From Lobosporangium transversale (Eukaryota): DNA of 47,646 bases. Below are positions 36,584 through 47,646 of this stretch, piece after piece. Position numbers and translations under genes: made by a program. Under the pieces are notes generated by a model that saw only the letters and a list, made by a program, of their open reading frames with translations, did not search any database and was not told where the DNA came from. The first letter of the stretch is position 1, and each line of letters begins with the position of its first letter. The stretch is taken from contig NW_019029017.1 of NCBI RefSeq assembly GCF_002105155.1, forward strand, positions 372,001 through 419,646. The letters run 5' to 3'.

Positions 36584-37371
36584 AAAAAATAGCCGTCTCC
36601 TTAAGCCCAAAATCTTTGTCTTACAAAAATTCTTGTCACACAAACACGCTCCTCTTGGTTCCATGCTCCCTATTTTTTTGTCTTTCTGAATAAGAGTAGG
36701 GAGTAGGGCAAATTTTAGTATGATAAACTGTATTTGAGAAATGTCCTTACCACCAAGTATTGGTTCTTAATGTTAATTAATGCAAAGCAATCGGACCTCG
36801 GTCGGACTGATAGGTAAAGCTCGTTTCTTTTAAATAGTGTCGCGGTCAACTAAAAGGGATTCGGACAGGGGACATGATGCTGTGCGAGACGTCTATTTTT
36901 ATTTTACCTTCTATCTTCTAGACAAGCGTATCTGTCATGTGACGCCAATAAATTTCCCCAAAATCATCTCTTTCACGCAGTGAAAGGTAGTGTAGTTCAC
37001 TACCAGGGAGCGGGTCTGGAGTTGGCTTTCGCTGGACTATTGTGGCTTAAAATATTTACTAATGAATGTATTTAAAGAAATTGGATTTTTCTTTTTCTTT
37101 TCTTTATCAGTGCCTCAAGTAGAACACGATAGTCGTTACCATGACTATTTGATATTGGATATGAGTGCAAAGAGTGAATTTAACCGAGCACTGAGCACGT
37201 CCATTGAAAGACGTCTTGCCGATTCCTGGCATGCTCTGCCTCTGGCGTTGTGGGATTGATATATCCTTGCTCGCTCTATATTTTTTTTTTCTCATCACAA
37301 TAACAAAGCAAATCAGATGAATTCAGATCGAATAATAGTTTAAATCTGATCAGATCAGATCAGACTTTGAT

Positions 37372-39331
37372 TTAATTGAGCGAGCTCCATGAGTTTTTAT
37401 TTTCATTGTTGTTTGACTTCTGATCAAACTTGCGGAACTGTCGTACAAGAGCTGGATTGATCCGAATTAATTTCTTCTCTTCTCCAACCCTAAGCAAAGC
37501 GCCATGTTGGACGAGTCGTTCTATCCGCTGGATGAGCCATTGTTTCATTTCCACAGGCTGCTCCTTAGCTGATTCAGCGATTGAGCCAAAGTTCATTATT
37601 AGGGCGAGTAATGTCCCTTCTTTCCGCCCACAGCTTGATACTACAGGGGCGCTCGATCGAGCTGGTGATGGCAATGGCGGCATTAATGGTGCTGCTGCTG
37701 TTGGCTCATCCATCTCTGCACCTGGTAAAAATTCGAGCCATTCATATAACTCAAGAAAACTCTCCAAATCCTGGATCTTATCAGGCTTCCTGGCTCGATC
37801 CGAATCCTGCAAAAGTCTCAATTCGTCTAATCGACATCCAAAAATATCTGCGACAAACTTTCGACTTTGCTGATTCGTTAATATTTTCGCTCCTGAGCGT
37901 GTCCCAGGCAAAGCAACCCGTCTCCCAAGAATCGAAGGATCTTGAAATGAAAGTGGCATTGTGTCCGATTTATCAGGTATAAGCTCTTTGTTATCTATCA
38001 AAAGTTTGACCAGCGCCAGCGCCAGAGCATCACGATCAACCACGTCCATATTAGGCTTCATAAAGGGTCCTTTCAAAAGATGATGCAGAGATCTTACAGG
38101 AATAAGCTAGGAATTCGTGAAAAAAAAAAAAAAAAAAAAAAAAAATCACGAAATTATTATACAAAACATAAAAAAGTAAAAAAGTAAAGTTTGGAAGCAA
38201 TGCCATTGCCTCAACGTACAACATACCGTTCCACGGGGAACACTGGTCAGCAAAAACTTTTTAGCATCAGTCGTCATTTGAATAGGGTCAGTCAATAGTG
38301 GCTGGTATCCATGCCTGAACTTTTGTACGAGAATGTTATCGTACATTCGTAAGCTTGTAAACGCATCCTGTGCAATACATCGGATCAGCTCGCGTGAGAG
38401 TTCAATACTTCCGTGAGATTCCCAATCCCATCTTCTTGGATCAATTAATGTTCCCGGCTCTTTTTGTTCTGACTGGGAGACTTGTCCATTTGAATTAATT
38501 CTTCCAGGTAAATAGATGTCATGAGGTTCACTAAACACGTCATGTAACATTCCGACATTGATAGAACCCACTCCTATCACTTTTGCCATCCAATGGATAT
38601 CAAGGACATTTTTACAAGTGATTCCATACTGATCCTTGACGCGCATAGCATCTTCATAGGCTCCATATCCGAGCTTAGTGTATGTGACAGATTCCAAAAA
38701 TGTTTTCAAAAGCGGGGGTATTAGATCTGGGTTGCGCCCGCCATTAGTGATATTATAAGTAGGGAGAATGAGTGATAGATGTTGATTGGCGATCTGGATG
38801 TAATGAATCAATCCTGTAGAGGAGCAGGCGAGGACATTAGATGCTATGGGGGATGGTTCCGTATTGAAATCTGACATGAACAACAGAGTGTTGAGAGAGT
38901 GCTGGACTAAATTTTTGAATCGAATCGAGGGAGGTGTTAGGCAGGTGCTCGCAAATTATTATCAATAGTCCAGTAATTTGTATGCGTAGCGTTTTTTTTT
39001 CAGTTTTTTGTCTACCTTGTTCACTTGTTGATGGGATAAAGACAGGAGGTTTGATCTGTAACATGGGGATTTCAGCCTTGCGTAGAAGGATGACGGCGGT
39101 ATGTGGCGTGTTCCTAGTACTGCGCTGTGCAAAAAACGGGTTTTTGGGATCAGCTTTGATCTTGGTCCAGTTCCATGCATATCGTACAGAAACGGAGGCA
39201 AGCTCCGGAGAGAATGGACGAAGAGTCTTTTGTTGTTGTTGCCTGGGTTTATGGTAATGGCAGCAAGACTGAATCTGTGAATGCCGTGCTGGCAGAAGTT
39301 TCTGTGTCGTCCGAATGCCTCTTTTCCACAT
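37372..39331 (-). CDS. 3'-5' exonuclease-domain protein (WRN/EXD2-like DEDDy fold) with putative mitochondrial presequence. Exons 39331-39016, 38906-38227, 38106-37372
   Basis: LIHYIQIAN, IPPLLKTFLES..TKLGYGAYEDAMRV..YGI, VLDI, WDWE..LSRELIRCIAQDAF match the WRN-type exonuclease scaffold. Arg/Lys-rich, acid-free N-terminus. Two frame-consistent GT-AG introns. Confidence 0.72.
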
Positions 39332-39515
39332 GTGTGTCTTTAATCCTGAATGCTTTGTTTTTGGTCCTGGCCCTGGTGGAGGTCAGTAAAGTAAATTATA
39401 GAATTATAGTCGATAGGAGTATTAGATCAAAGTGGCTTATTTACTTTGTCTCCTTTATTTGCTCGAACCATCGCTTTCAAGAATCTTCTAGCACTAATTG
39501 CAACAAGAATAGCAC

Positions 39516-41259
39516 ATGGCATCGCGGACACTGGTCGTTGACAATGGCGCGTCAACAATTAAGTGTGGGTATGCTGATGGAAATACGAGTTATAGAATAA
39601 TTCCCAACAACATCACTCGATCCAAAACCGAGAGGAAAGCCTTCATAGGCGATCAGCTTGAGACTTGTAAAGACTTTTCAGGTCTCTACTATCGCCTACC
39701 CTTTGAGAAAGGTTTGCTCACCAACTGGGATGTTGAAAAACAAGTCTGGGACAGAATATTCACGGGAAAAGTTATGCCGGTATGTGAAGCTGAATATGTC
39801 TTTTTTAAAAATAACTGAGAGGAGACATTGATATTAAGCAGCTTGCCCGTATTTATATATATAGTGCGACCCATCATCAACAACCCTTTTGATCTCTGAA
39901 CCAATATTGAATTTACCCAATATCGCTACAACGTATGATCAGCTTGTTTTTGAAGAATACGCCTTTCAGTCCTATACCCGTATGTCTGCGCCCCAGATGG
40001 CCATGTACAACGAGATTCCGAAATTATATGGACAAAAAATAGGCAGCGGCAAAAAGAGAGTTGATTGTGCGGTGGTTGTCGACTCTGGATACTCATTCAC
40101 ACATATTGTGCCATTCTGGAAAGGCAAACCGATTTTAGTGGGCATTCGGAGGATCAACGTAGGGGGCAAGTTGCTGACGAATCACTTAAAGGAAATCATT
40201 TCCTTCCGATATTGGAATATGATGGATGAAACACATCTCGTGAATGAGGTCAAAGAAGCTTGCTGCTTTATATCCAACAACTTCTGGGAAGATCTGGACA
40301 TTTGCAAGTAAGTCACAAGTACAGCTGGATGTAATGTGGGCTGTAAAGACAATATAAGAGGATAACATCCTAACTAAAAGTTTTAAACAATGAGCGACCA
40401 GGAAATCACCGCGTGCCAATAAAATCCTCCAGCATTATGTTCTGCCGGATTATTCATCACAGCAGACAGGATATATTAAGGGCAAACGAGGAACTAAGAA
40501 AGTCAAAAGTAAGAAAACTTCAAGCAAAATGGATATCGACATTGATCAGACCGAACCTGAGGAACTTGGAAAGGACGAAGAAGTAGAAAACAAAGAGTCT
40601 AGTGGTGATGAATATGATAACGACATTGAAATGACGACGCCTGATGATGATGAGCAAGTTTTGACCATGAACAATGAGCGGTTCACGGTACCGGAAATTC
40701 TTTTCCATCCATCGGATATTGGCATGGAGCAAGCAGGCATTCCTGAGGCTGTCGTAGATGCTGTTTCTTCATGCGATGAAGGTATACATAATGTCTGTTT
40801 TTATAACTTGATCATAAAGACGACAGGACAGGTTTCGTGTATTTCATGAGAATTCATGATCCTATTTTAACACAATTACATAGAAATCCAAGGTATGCTT
40901 TATGCCAATGTGGTACTCATTGGTGGTAATGCCCGGCTGCCGGGTTTTAGGAGACGGGTAGCAAATGATCTTCGCCAACTAGCTCCATCAGAATACGAGG
41001 TTAGAGTTGGCATTGACAGTGAGTAAGTACTGTGGTATTTCTGTTGGAGATTGGTCTTTTGACTTGACTGTCTATGAGAATTAATATATGATATTGATTC
41101 TTCTTATATAGTCCTCTTGGATATGGATGGAGAGGTGCAGTGCGACTTGCCACGATGGATGAGTTTGCGAGTGAGTTTAAGAGTAGGCTGGTCACCAGAG
41201 CCGAATACTTGGAATCAGGGAGCACCCTTTGCGAGTCACGGTTTCGTTCTGGAGTATAA
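39516..41259 (+). CDS. ARP6: Actin-related protein 6 (SWR1 complex), about 5 exons
   Basis: TLVVDNGASTIKCG, DFSGLYYRLPFEKGLLTNWDVEKQVWD, VVDSGYSFTHIVP, RRINVGGKLLTNHLKEIISFRYWNMMDETHLVNEVKE, YVLPDY, NERFTVPEILFHPSDIG, VTRAEYLESG. Confidence 0.96.
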
Positions 41260-41940
41260 CTCAATCCTGGTCCATTAGATAATCTCGAATCAAATGTAAA
41301 ATAATCAATTTTTGTAAAATAAACATGCTTCAGCTTTGCATCCTGGGTTTTTATACTTCCATGTAAAAAAAAAAAATAAAACAAAATAAATTAAAATAAA
41401 TAGAAAAAAAAAATCTGTCGGGTTCTAGATACCATTAGATAATGTCAGGTCCAGCGGCATGAAAGATTTTTTTAATATGCTGCTATTCGATATTCCACAA
41501 TGTCCTGATCAATGTCTCTCCCTTGCTGAATCATAAAAACTGACGACCGTTTTTATCAGAAAGGGAAAAGAAGAAAGAAGAAAGAAGAAAGAATGACTTC
41601 TGATATTTAAACAGACCAATGGTCTGGTTTGAAAGCTTCCCTGCAAACACTCTTTAGCGATCGCAATCCCAACGACCTCCTCGACCTAAGTTGTTTTTTT
41701 TTTGTTTATTACTATTCCATTTTGCCCGATAACCCCCAAATGTATTTTCAACGCGGAGCCTTTGCATTTTTTGACTATTTGCCTTATTACCATACCTTGT
41801 ACCATTATCCCTATTATCTCAAATACCCTTCTCTCTCCAGAACTTTCAATCATTAAGACGCGATCCCTATTCTAGTCACACGCACTCTATTCTTTTTCTT
41901 TCAATCTACTAAACTTCATTGATACCCAAACACTCATATA

Positions 41941-44853
41941 ATGGGATTTAGTAGAAAACAACCAGTCGCTGTCACACCAGCAGCCACTTCTGCTAGTATT
42001 ACCATCATGGGTAACACCACTAATCCCTCCGCCATCACCGCTGCTTCACCCGCTCATCAACAATCCTCTATATCCCTCCTGAAACGTAAACCAGTTAAGA
42101 GATTGGTCAGTTCAAGCGCCAGTAACCACTCTATCACATCAACCTCAACTGGGTCAAGTCAAATAAGTAATCCCAATGACAGTAATAAGAAGAACAACGA
42201 TAGAAGCAGCAGTAGTAGTAGTAGCAGTAGCACGTATTCGCAGTCAATTGCCAGAAAATCAAACCTTAAGATGACAGGACCCTCTTCGGGCCCAACCCTA
42301 AAAGGGGAGATAGTCTACCCGCAGGTCCAGAAAGGATATCCTTTGATGGACACAACTGGAATAGGGATGGGGATGGGGATGGTGATGGTGATGGGCGCTG
42401 AGCTCAATGATGAAGCGTTAAATACACCAAAGACGCCAAAAACTTTTCAACAATCACAAGAAGAGTTGTTTTCGAAACTGGAAGCATTAGCAGCGGCTAA
42501 GAATAAGTTGAGCTCGACAGATCACTCAGTACAATCAAGAGTATCATCGAGCAGCGTCGGTACTAGTCTTCAGCTTCCAAATCATGGCAGCAATAGGTTG
42601 CAAAAATCAGTGAATAATAGTACGAATAACCGAAGCAGGATGGGTTTAAATGGGAGCTCTTCAACATCTTCTTTGAGACAGGACATTCGTCATGTACCAA
42701 CCAATCCTCCTTTTGGAAGCAGGTAGGTTAGCAAGGGCAGTGAAGTTCGTCATAATCATGTATTAAAAAAACCCTACTTTGATTACTTACACTACATGTC
42801 ATGCCTCCAGCTCTCCCACGCCTGAGCGGCCTCGCGAGTAAGTTGACCAATCACATCGTGTCCAACATTTTCTAGGCCTCTATATTTCTACATTTTAGGT
42901 GATTGACGCGTTTTTTTGTGCAACATTTTTTAAAAAATTAGGCCCAGACGGCGGATCAACAGTGCTCAATTCAAGACACCGACAGTTGCAGAAATGGGGG
43001 AACTCGCACAGATCGTTGTTGCCAACGCTACACCCCCAAAACCTCAAAACAAACCTCGCAAACGGTACACCTTCTTTTATTCAAGATGATATCTTAATTT
43101 AAAGTAATGGCCCGTTGTTGTGCCGTATCCAACTTTTATATTAATTACCCTTTGTAATGCCATTTTTTTTTTTTTTTTTTTTTTTTAACTGGGAAAAAAC
43201 TCAGGGCAAGCACGCTCACTTTAACAACTACAACTTTTGCGCCCCCGGGACAAGCGCTACCAAACACAACCACCGTAATAGCTGGAAGAGGAATCAATAA
43301 TAATGAACGTGACTATCGCCAACTATACGAAGCGGCAGATAAGAATGCCAAAAGCTGGGAAAAGAGGTATTCTGTTGCCCAGCAACAGCTTAACTATGAA
43401 CGAGAAAAATGGGAGGGTATGCTGCTATGATCATTATGGGATGATTTCGTCATTACTGGAGGCTACTGCTTATCATAGTCTATAATGGCGTACTTACTTT
43501 CATTAAGATTTTTTTTTTTTTTTTTCCGAAAAAAAAAAAAATTAGAAAAATATGCTGCTCTGGAGAAGGACTTCCGAGATCTGGAGAATAGCAAAGTCGA
43601 AGCCAATACTGAGAAAATGAATGTATTGCTTGATACAGTTCAACAACTTCAACTTGCAAATGAGGTCTTTCGGAAACAGCTTATGGACGCAGGCATTGAA
43701 CCTGACCCTATGCCTGCAGCTAAGTTCCATCCTCAACTTTTGATGGTGAGCGAAGACCACGACCGCACATTCTTGGAAGAGAACGAGTTGATGAATGTGC
43801 GATCTTTGGAGACAAATCAAAAGATCGAACACCTGTCCAACGAGTTAAACGTACGTAAACTCTTTTTTTTTATATTTATTTTGTGTGGAGCGATGTAAGA
43901 GACAATCGTGACATTGGTAACGCTATTTTATTTTACTTTTTTTTTAGAATGTTGCTATCGCCATCTCTCAGACGATAAACTACGTGCAGTTGCGGTACTT
44001 GACTCAAATGCTAGATGTAGTTGAGCATGTCACTTCCCAGAAACGCGCCCGTGCCATGTCTAACAGTTTCCTTTCGGACATGTTGAGCCGAGGTGTGAAG
44101 AAGCCGAGCCCTTTGCAGTTAAAAAGCACTTGCTCCATCGCAACCCAAACGCCGCCTTCCTTTCAACAGCAGCTTATTCAGCAGCAACTGTTAGCGGCTG
44201 CGGAATGTGGCTCTGCTTCTTTTAGATCAATGGAGAGTAAGCTCAGTAAAAGTTATAGTTTCTCATCCAATCTCTTTAGCCTTGTAGGCTTGGCCAACAG
44301 TGGTGCTCTCGACGGCGGCCAGTATAGGCTTAAGGGCGGTGCTATAGGCGACCACCGGTCGCAATTGATCCGTCAGAGCATCTCCCCTATGGTCCTTGAG
44401 AGCCTCAGGGGTGATCCTGGGTCTCCAGACTTAATTGATACCCTTACAGCCAACAGAGCCGCCGTACCAATGCCAAAATTCCAGTATGCATCTCCAACAT
44501 CATCTCAATTACGTATCTTTGTTCCAGAACCGAGTAAAGTACATGAGTACAGTGCGGCCTCAAGTATTGGGAGCATGTCTCGAGCCCGTAGTGGCACAGG
44601 GAGCAGTATTGAAAGCGGGGCCGCATCTCTGAAGCGATCTTCCTCTGATATCAGTCTGAATCGGTCGCAGTATCAACGTCACCGCCAACCGCAACAACAA
44701 CAAGAACAAAAGAAGCAGCAACAGCAGTACCGTCTCGCTCGGGCTGGCATTAAGAATGCATGTGGTGTCGCACTCCAAACAATCGAGCCGCACAGATCTA
44801 TAAGTCAACAATTCTTATCTCCAAATACGGCCCTCTTGTCCACGAATAATTAA
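41941..44853 (+). CDS. Hypothetical Ser-rich protein with central coiled coil. Exons approximately 41941-42722, 42811-42837, 42942-43064, 43205-43416, 43546-43850, 43948-44853
   Basis: Five GT-AG introns join all segments in one frame; coiled-coil DYRQLYE..WEEKYAALEKDFRDLE..LLDTVQQLQLANEVFRKQL. No family recognised. Confidence 0.7.
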
Positions 44854-45027
44854 ACAATATATTTGGCAATGGAGTGTCATGAGCACCAAGTTGTATTATA
44901 CATTCAAATATAAAAGTGATATTGTACTATAAAATTAGAGGATACAATGAATGCTATTACGAAAATTATAATAATACTATGATTTTTTTTTTCTTTGAGT
45001 GGAGATGATGGATGTAGGGAGATAAGT

Positions 45028-45306
45028 TTAGAGTGGAGAATGCATTCCGAGTTTGGTATTGAACTCGAGCTTAGCTAACTTTTGGGCGCGCACACATTCT
45101 TTCATATCACGCGCCTTGACGATTTCTTGGACAGGCATGAAAACCACTGGCCAGAAGAATGCAATGATATATATCCACCAAGGCACACTCTGAACGCTAT
45201 TAGGGCCACGGAATACTGAAATAATACAGAACACAATTTGCAATAGCATGCTATAACAATCAGGGGTACAAATAAAAAAAGGAGAAGATTGTTTTAGAAT
45301 GGGAGT

Positions 45307-45342
<36 letters not shown>

Positions 45343-47626
45343 GTGATCACGGCTGTTGTCATTGACTTTATCGTTCGCTTGAGCTTACCTTGCGGCACAT
45401 GACCCTATCCAGACACGGTTCTTCCATGGCATAAAGGCACGCAATGAAAGTGTACGGCTCATGAAAGTGCTTGACATCCAGATCATATACCAGACCCAAA
45501 TGACTAAAGTAAAATTCTGAGCATAGAGCAATGCCCACTGCTCGCCATCTGTCCATTCAAGCCAAGGCACCCCTTCTCCAAAACTATTGAACAGGAAATG
45601 ATACCCTTCTTGGCCGTCATAGATTTGGAGCGAACTGGTCGTAAAAGAAGTAACGACAAGTGAGTTAGCAAGACTTGTAAAAAAAAATAAAGAACAAAAA
45701 AAAACAAAAACCAAAGGCATCTGCTCTCTATTGCGAATTAATCGACCTACTAAAGGAAAACGAACACACACATCCCGATAGGGAGAATAAACCGAGCAAG
45801 GAAGTATACAATAAAACGAGATAGATCTTTCAGTGGTGAGGTATTTTTGCCTAGTAATGAACAAAGATCAAATAGTCAAAGGCATTTTCACGGAAAACAA
45901 TATACGACAATATCATTGTCTTGATATGCATGTCATTTGTAAACGACAAATAGGCTTGACTCACTTGGCATCATTGTCATAGTATCCGGCTCATGAGGCG
46001 AAAAGAAGAATGACAAAATTATAAGTGGCACAATGATCCACATCAACCACAGAATCTGGTAACCCGTCATAGCAGGCGGTAACAGAAAGCAGTACGACAC
46101 GAGCAATAATAGTGAAATGGACATGAACGAAGCGATCATGAAAACTACCCCCTACAGCACATAGGCAAAGAATAAATGGTTCAGTAAAGTCCATATATTC
46201 GTAAGTGTTCGAGTGATAATTTAAGAGATATATTCAAAAGAGCTGTCCATACCTGTCGCTGTGAGTTGAGCAACCGACGAGCCTCTCTAATGACTTGCGT
46301 CAAGGCATACAAACTCGTCTCACTATGCATAGTCAATCCACACGGTAGGCTGTTAATCTTGGCACCCAAGGAAAATGCTGATCTGGACTCTGGGCTGGAG
46401 CCCATCCTAAAAGGCTCCATTCCTACACTGATGTCTGCCTACGATATTCACGAAAGTCGCGCATGCATTTATAAGGTTGCCAATTCTCAGAAATATCTAA
46501 CTTTTGCATTTCCAATTAAGGATGAGTACTTCAATTACCTTTGCAAACGCAGCAATATTATCGATGTTGAGCGAGCTACCAATGCAGCATACGACTTCGC
46601 CATAGTCTTGGAAGATCTTAATCATCTCAGTTGCAGCATGCGGCCCACATTCTGCAAACAGAGATACGTGAAGCGGGATATCATCCACAGACTCCAAATG
46701 AGGTCGAATGTTCTCAATGCCTCTAGGAAGCTGAGCCTTAATATCGTACGACTCTAAATAGCCGGTATTGGCGCCATATGGATCTGACGCTGAAGACAAT
46801 AAGATACAACTATTCCAGTCAGTTTCCAGCCCAAGTCGATCAGCAAAGGCTTTGCTCTCACGTTCACTCGCAGGTGAGAAGTAGACGAAGCGAATCCCTG
46901 CTAGTCCCAAGTCCTCAATAAAGTCGCAAACATTCTGTTATATTGCAACAAAAGGGAAATAAGTAAACAAATACCTCTGACACGTCTAACTTTACAACCT
47001 TTAACAGATGCATGGGGGGTAAAGAGGCTTACAGTCTTTGGTTGATGAGCAAGGGTGGTCATTCCCAAAAAAATTTGTCCCTGTACTGCTTCCTCATAGA
47101 ACTCTTGTGTATTGACAGGAGCCTGCGTATCAAATTCATCTTGTATGTCTTCCGCGGCATCCAACTCACGAAGCTTACGCCATCTCTGCAACGGTCCTGT
47201 TTCAGATTTAGATGTAGCCATAGCAGAATCTTCAACTGGGGAACCAATATTTTGATCTTCTTCCTCATCACTGTCCCCACCTATATGAATCACAATATTG
47301 ACGGGATCAGGTAAACTATTGATGTCGATTCTTTTTCCATCAAGTAGCGCTTTGGAATTCAGAGGTGTTTCAAGAATCTCGTCGATCCCTTCGTGTTTTT
47401 CGTTTTCTCTCGATAAGAGTGCGTTGTTAACAGGCAGCTTCTCGCTGAGTTTATCTTCTGCTTCCGGTATAATCCGAGGAGGAAGAGTAATGAATCCTGT
47501 AGTTGTAGGGTCAAAACCGAGATCTTCCTTGTCCTTTTCAAACGAGATGGGACGGTACGCGTATGCCACACACTGTAAATCGTTCACCACAGCTGTCTGG
47601 TAAAAGTCCGATATTTTCTTGAGCAT
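45028..47626 (-). CDS. TMEM94: TMEM94 (KIAA0195/ERMA)-like degenerate P-type ATPase membrane protein, 3' part; gene begins beyond the window
   Basis: CVAYAYRP, GQIFLGM, FIEDLGLAGIRFVYFS, SKAFADRLGLETDWNSCILLS, LPRGIENIRPHLESVDDIPLHVSLFAEC, EMIKIFQDYGEVVCCIGSSLN, TM bundle, C-terminus KLEFNTKLGMHSPL. Confidence 0.9.
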
Positions 47627-47646
47627 CTATGGATTGAGAGGTTAAA

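Noticed and set aside
36850..36910. AAAAGGGATTC resembling the 5' end of U11 snRNA
   Set aside because: No convincing U11 stem-loops or correctly placed Sm site; the match is too short.
37261..37268. ATATCCTT U12-type donor-like sequence
   Set aside because: Lies outside any reconstructed gene; none of the introns I reconstructed needed a U12 donor.
38837..39016. Apparent frameshift between the two exonuclease ORFs
   Set aside because: Explained by an ordinary GT-AG intron at 39015-38907.
41941..41965. N-myristoylation signal MGFSRK
   Set aside because: Has Gly2 but lacks the preferred Ser/Thr at position 6; too weak to call.
1..47646. Stop-codon readthrough (TGA CTA) or cryptic PTS1 extensions; tRNA/rRNA genes; intact transposons
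   Set aside because: The stop contexts I inspected lacked the motif, and I saw no cloverleaf, rRNA, transposase or RT signatures by eye. A covariance-model scan would be needed to exclude RNA genes fully.

Overview
Gene-dense, intron-rich eukaryotic DNA, most likely from an early-diverging fungus. A Mortierellaceae-like source is inferred from short GT-AG introns, the Mortierella-type GST, and animal-type genes absent from budding yeast. I reconstructed 14 spliced protein-coding genes by hand. In order: kinesin-4-like motor (5' truncated, +), SNX4/Atg24 (+), GST (+), YEATS2/Ahc1-like (-), RPB12 (-), dynein intermediate chain (-), Beclin/Atg6 (-), PEX13 (-), an atypical DWG-motif Ser/Thr kinase (+), LRRC40 (-), a putatively mitochondrial and catalytically degenerate DEDDy exonuclease (-), ARP6 (+), an orphan coiled-coil protein (+) and a TMEM94-like P-type-ATPase relative (-, 5' truncated). 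Three long intergenic islands (about 6.1-7.7, 16.1-17.4 and 26.0-28.2 kb) look like decayed coding sequence. Other notable signals are GC-AG introns, AAG acceptors, very long poly(A)/poly(T) tracts in introns, a structured element in the PEX13 intron, a hairpin cluster upstream of LRRC40, and recurrent TCAYGTGA E-boxes upstream of several genes. I recognised no tRNA, rRNA, CRISPR array or intact transposon. No clearly novel multi-gene system is demonstrable from sequence alone.
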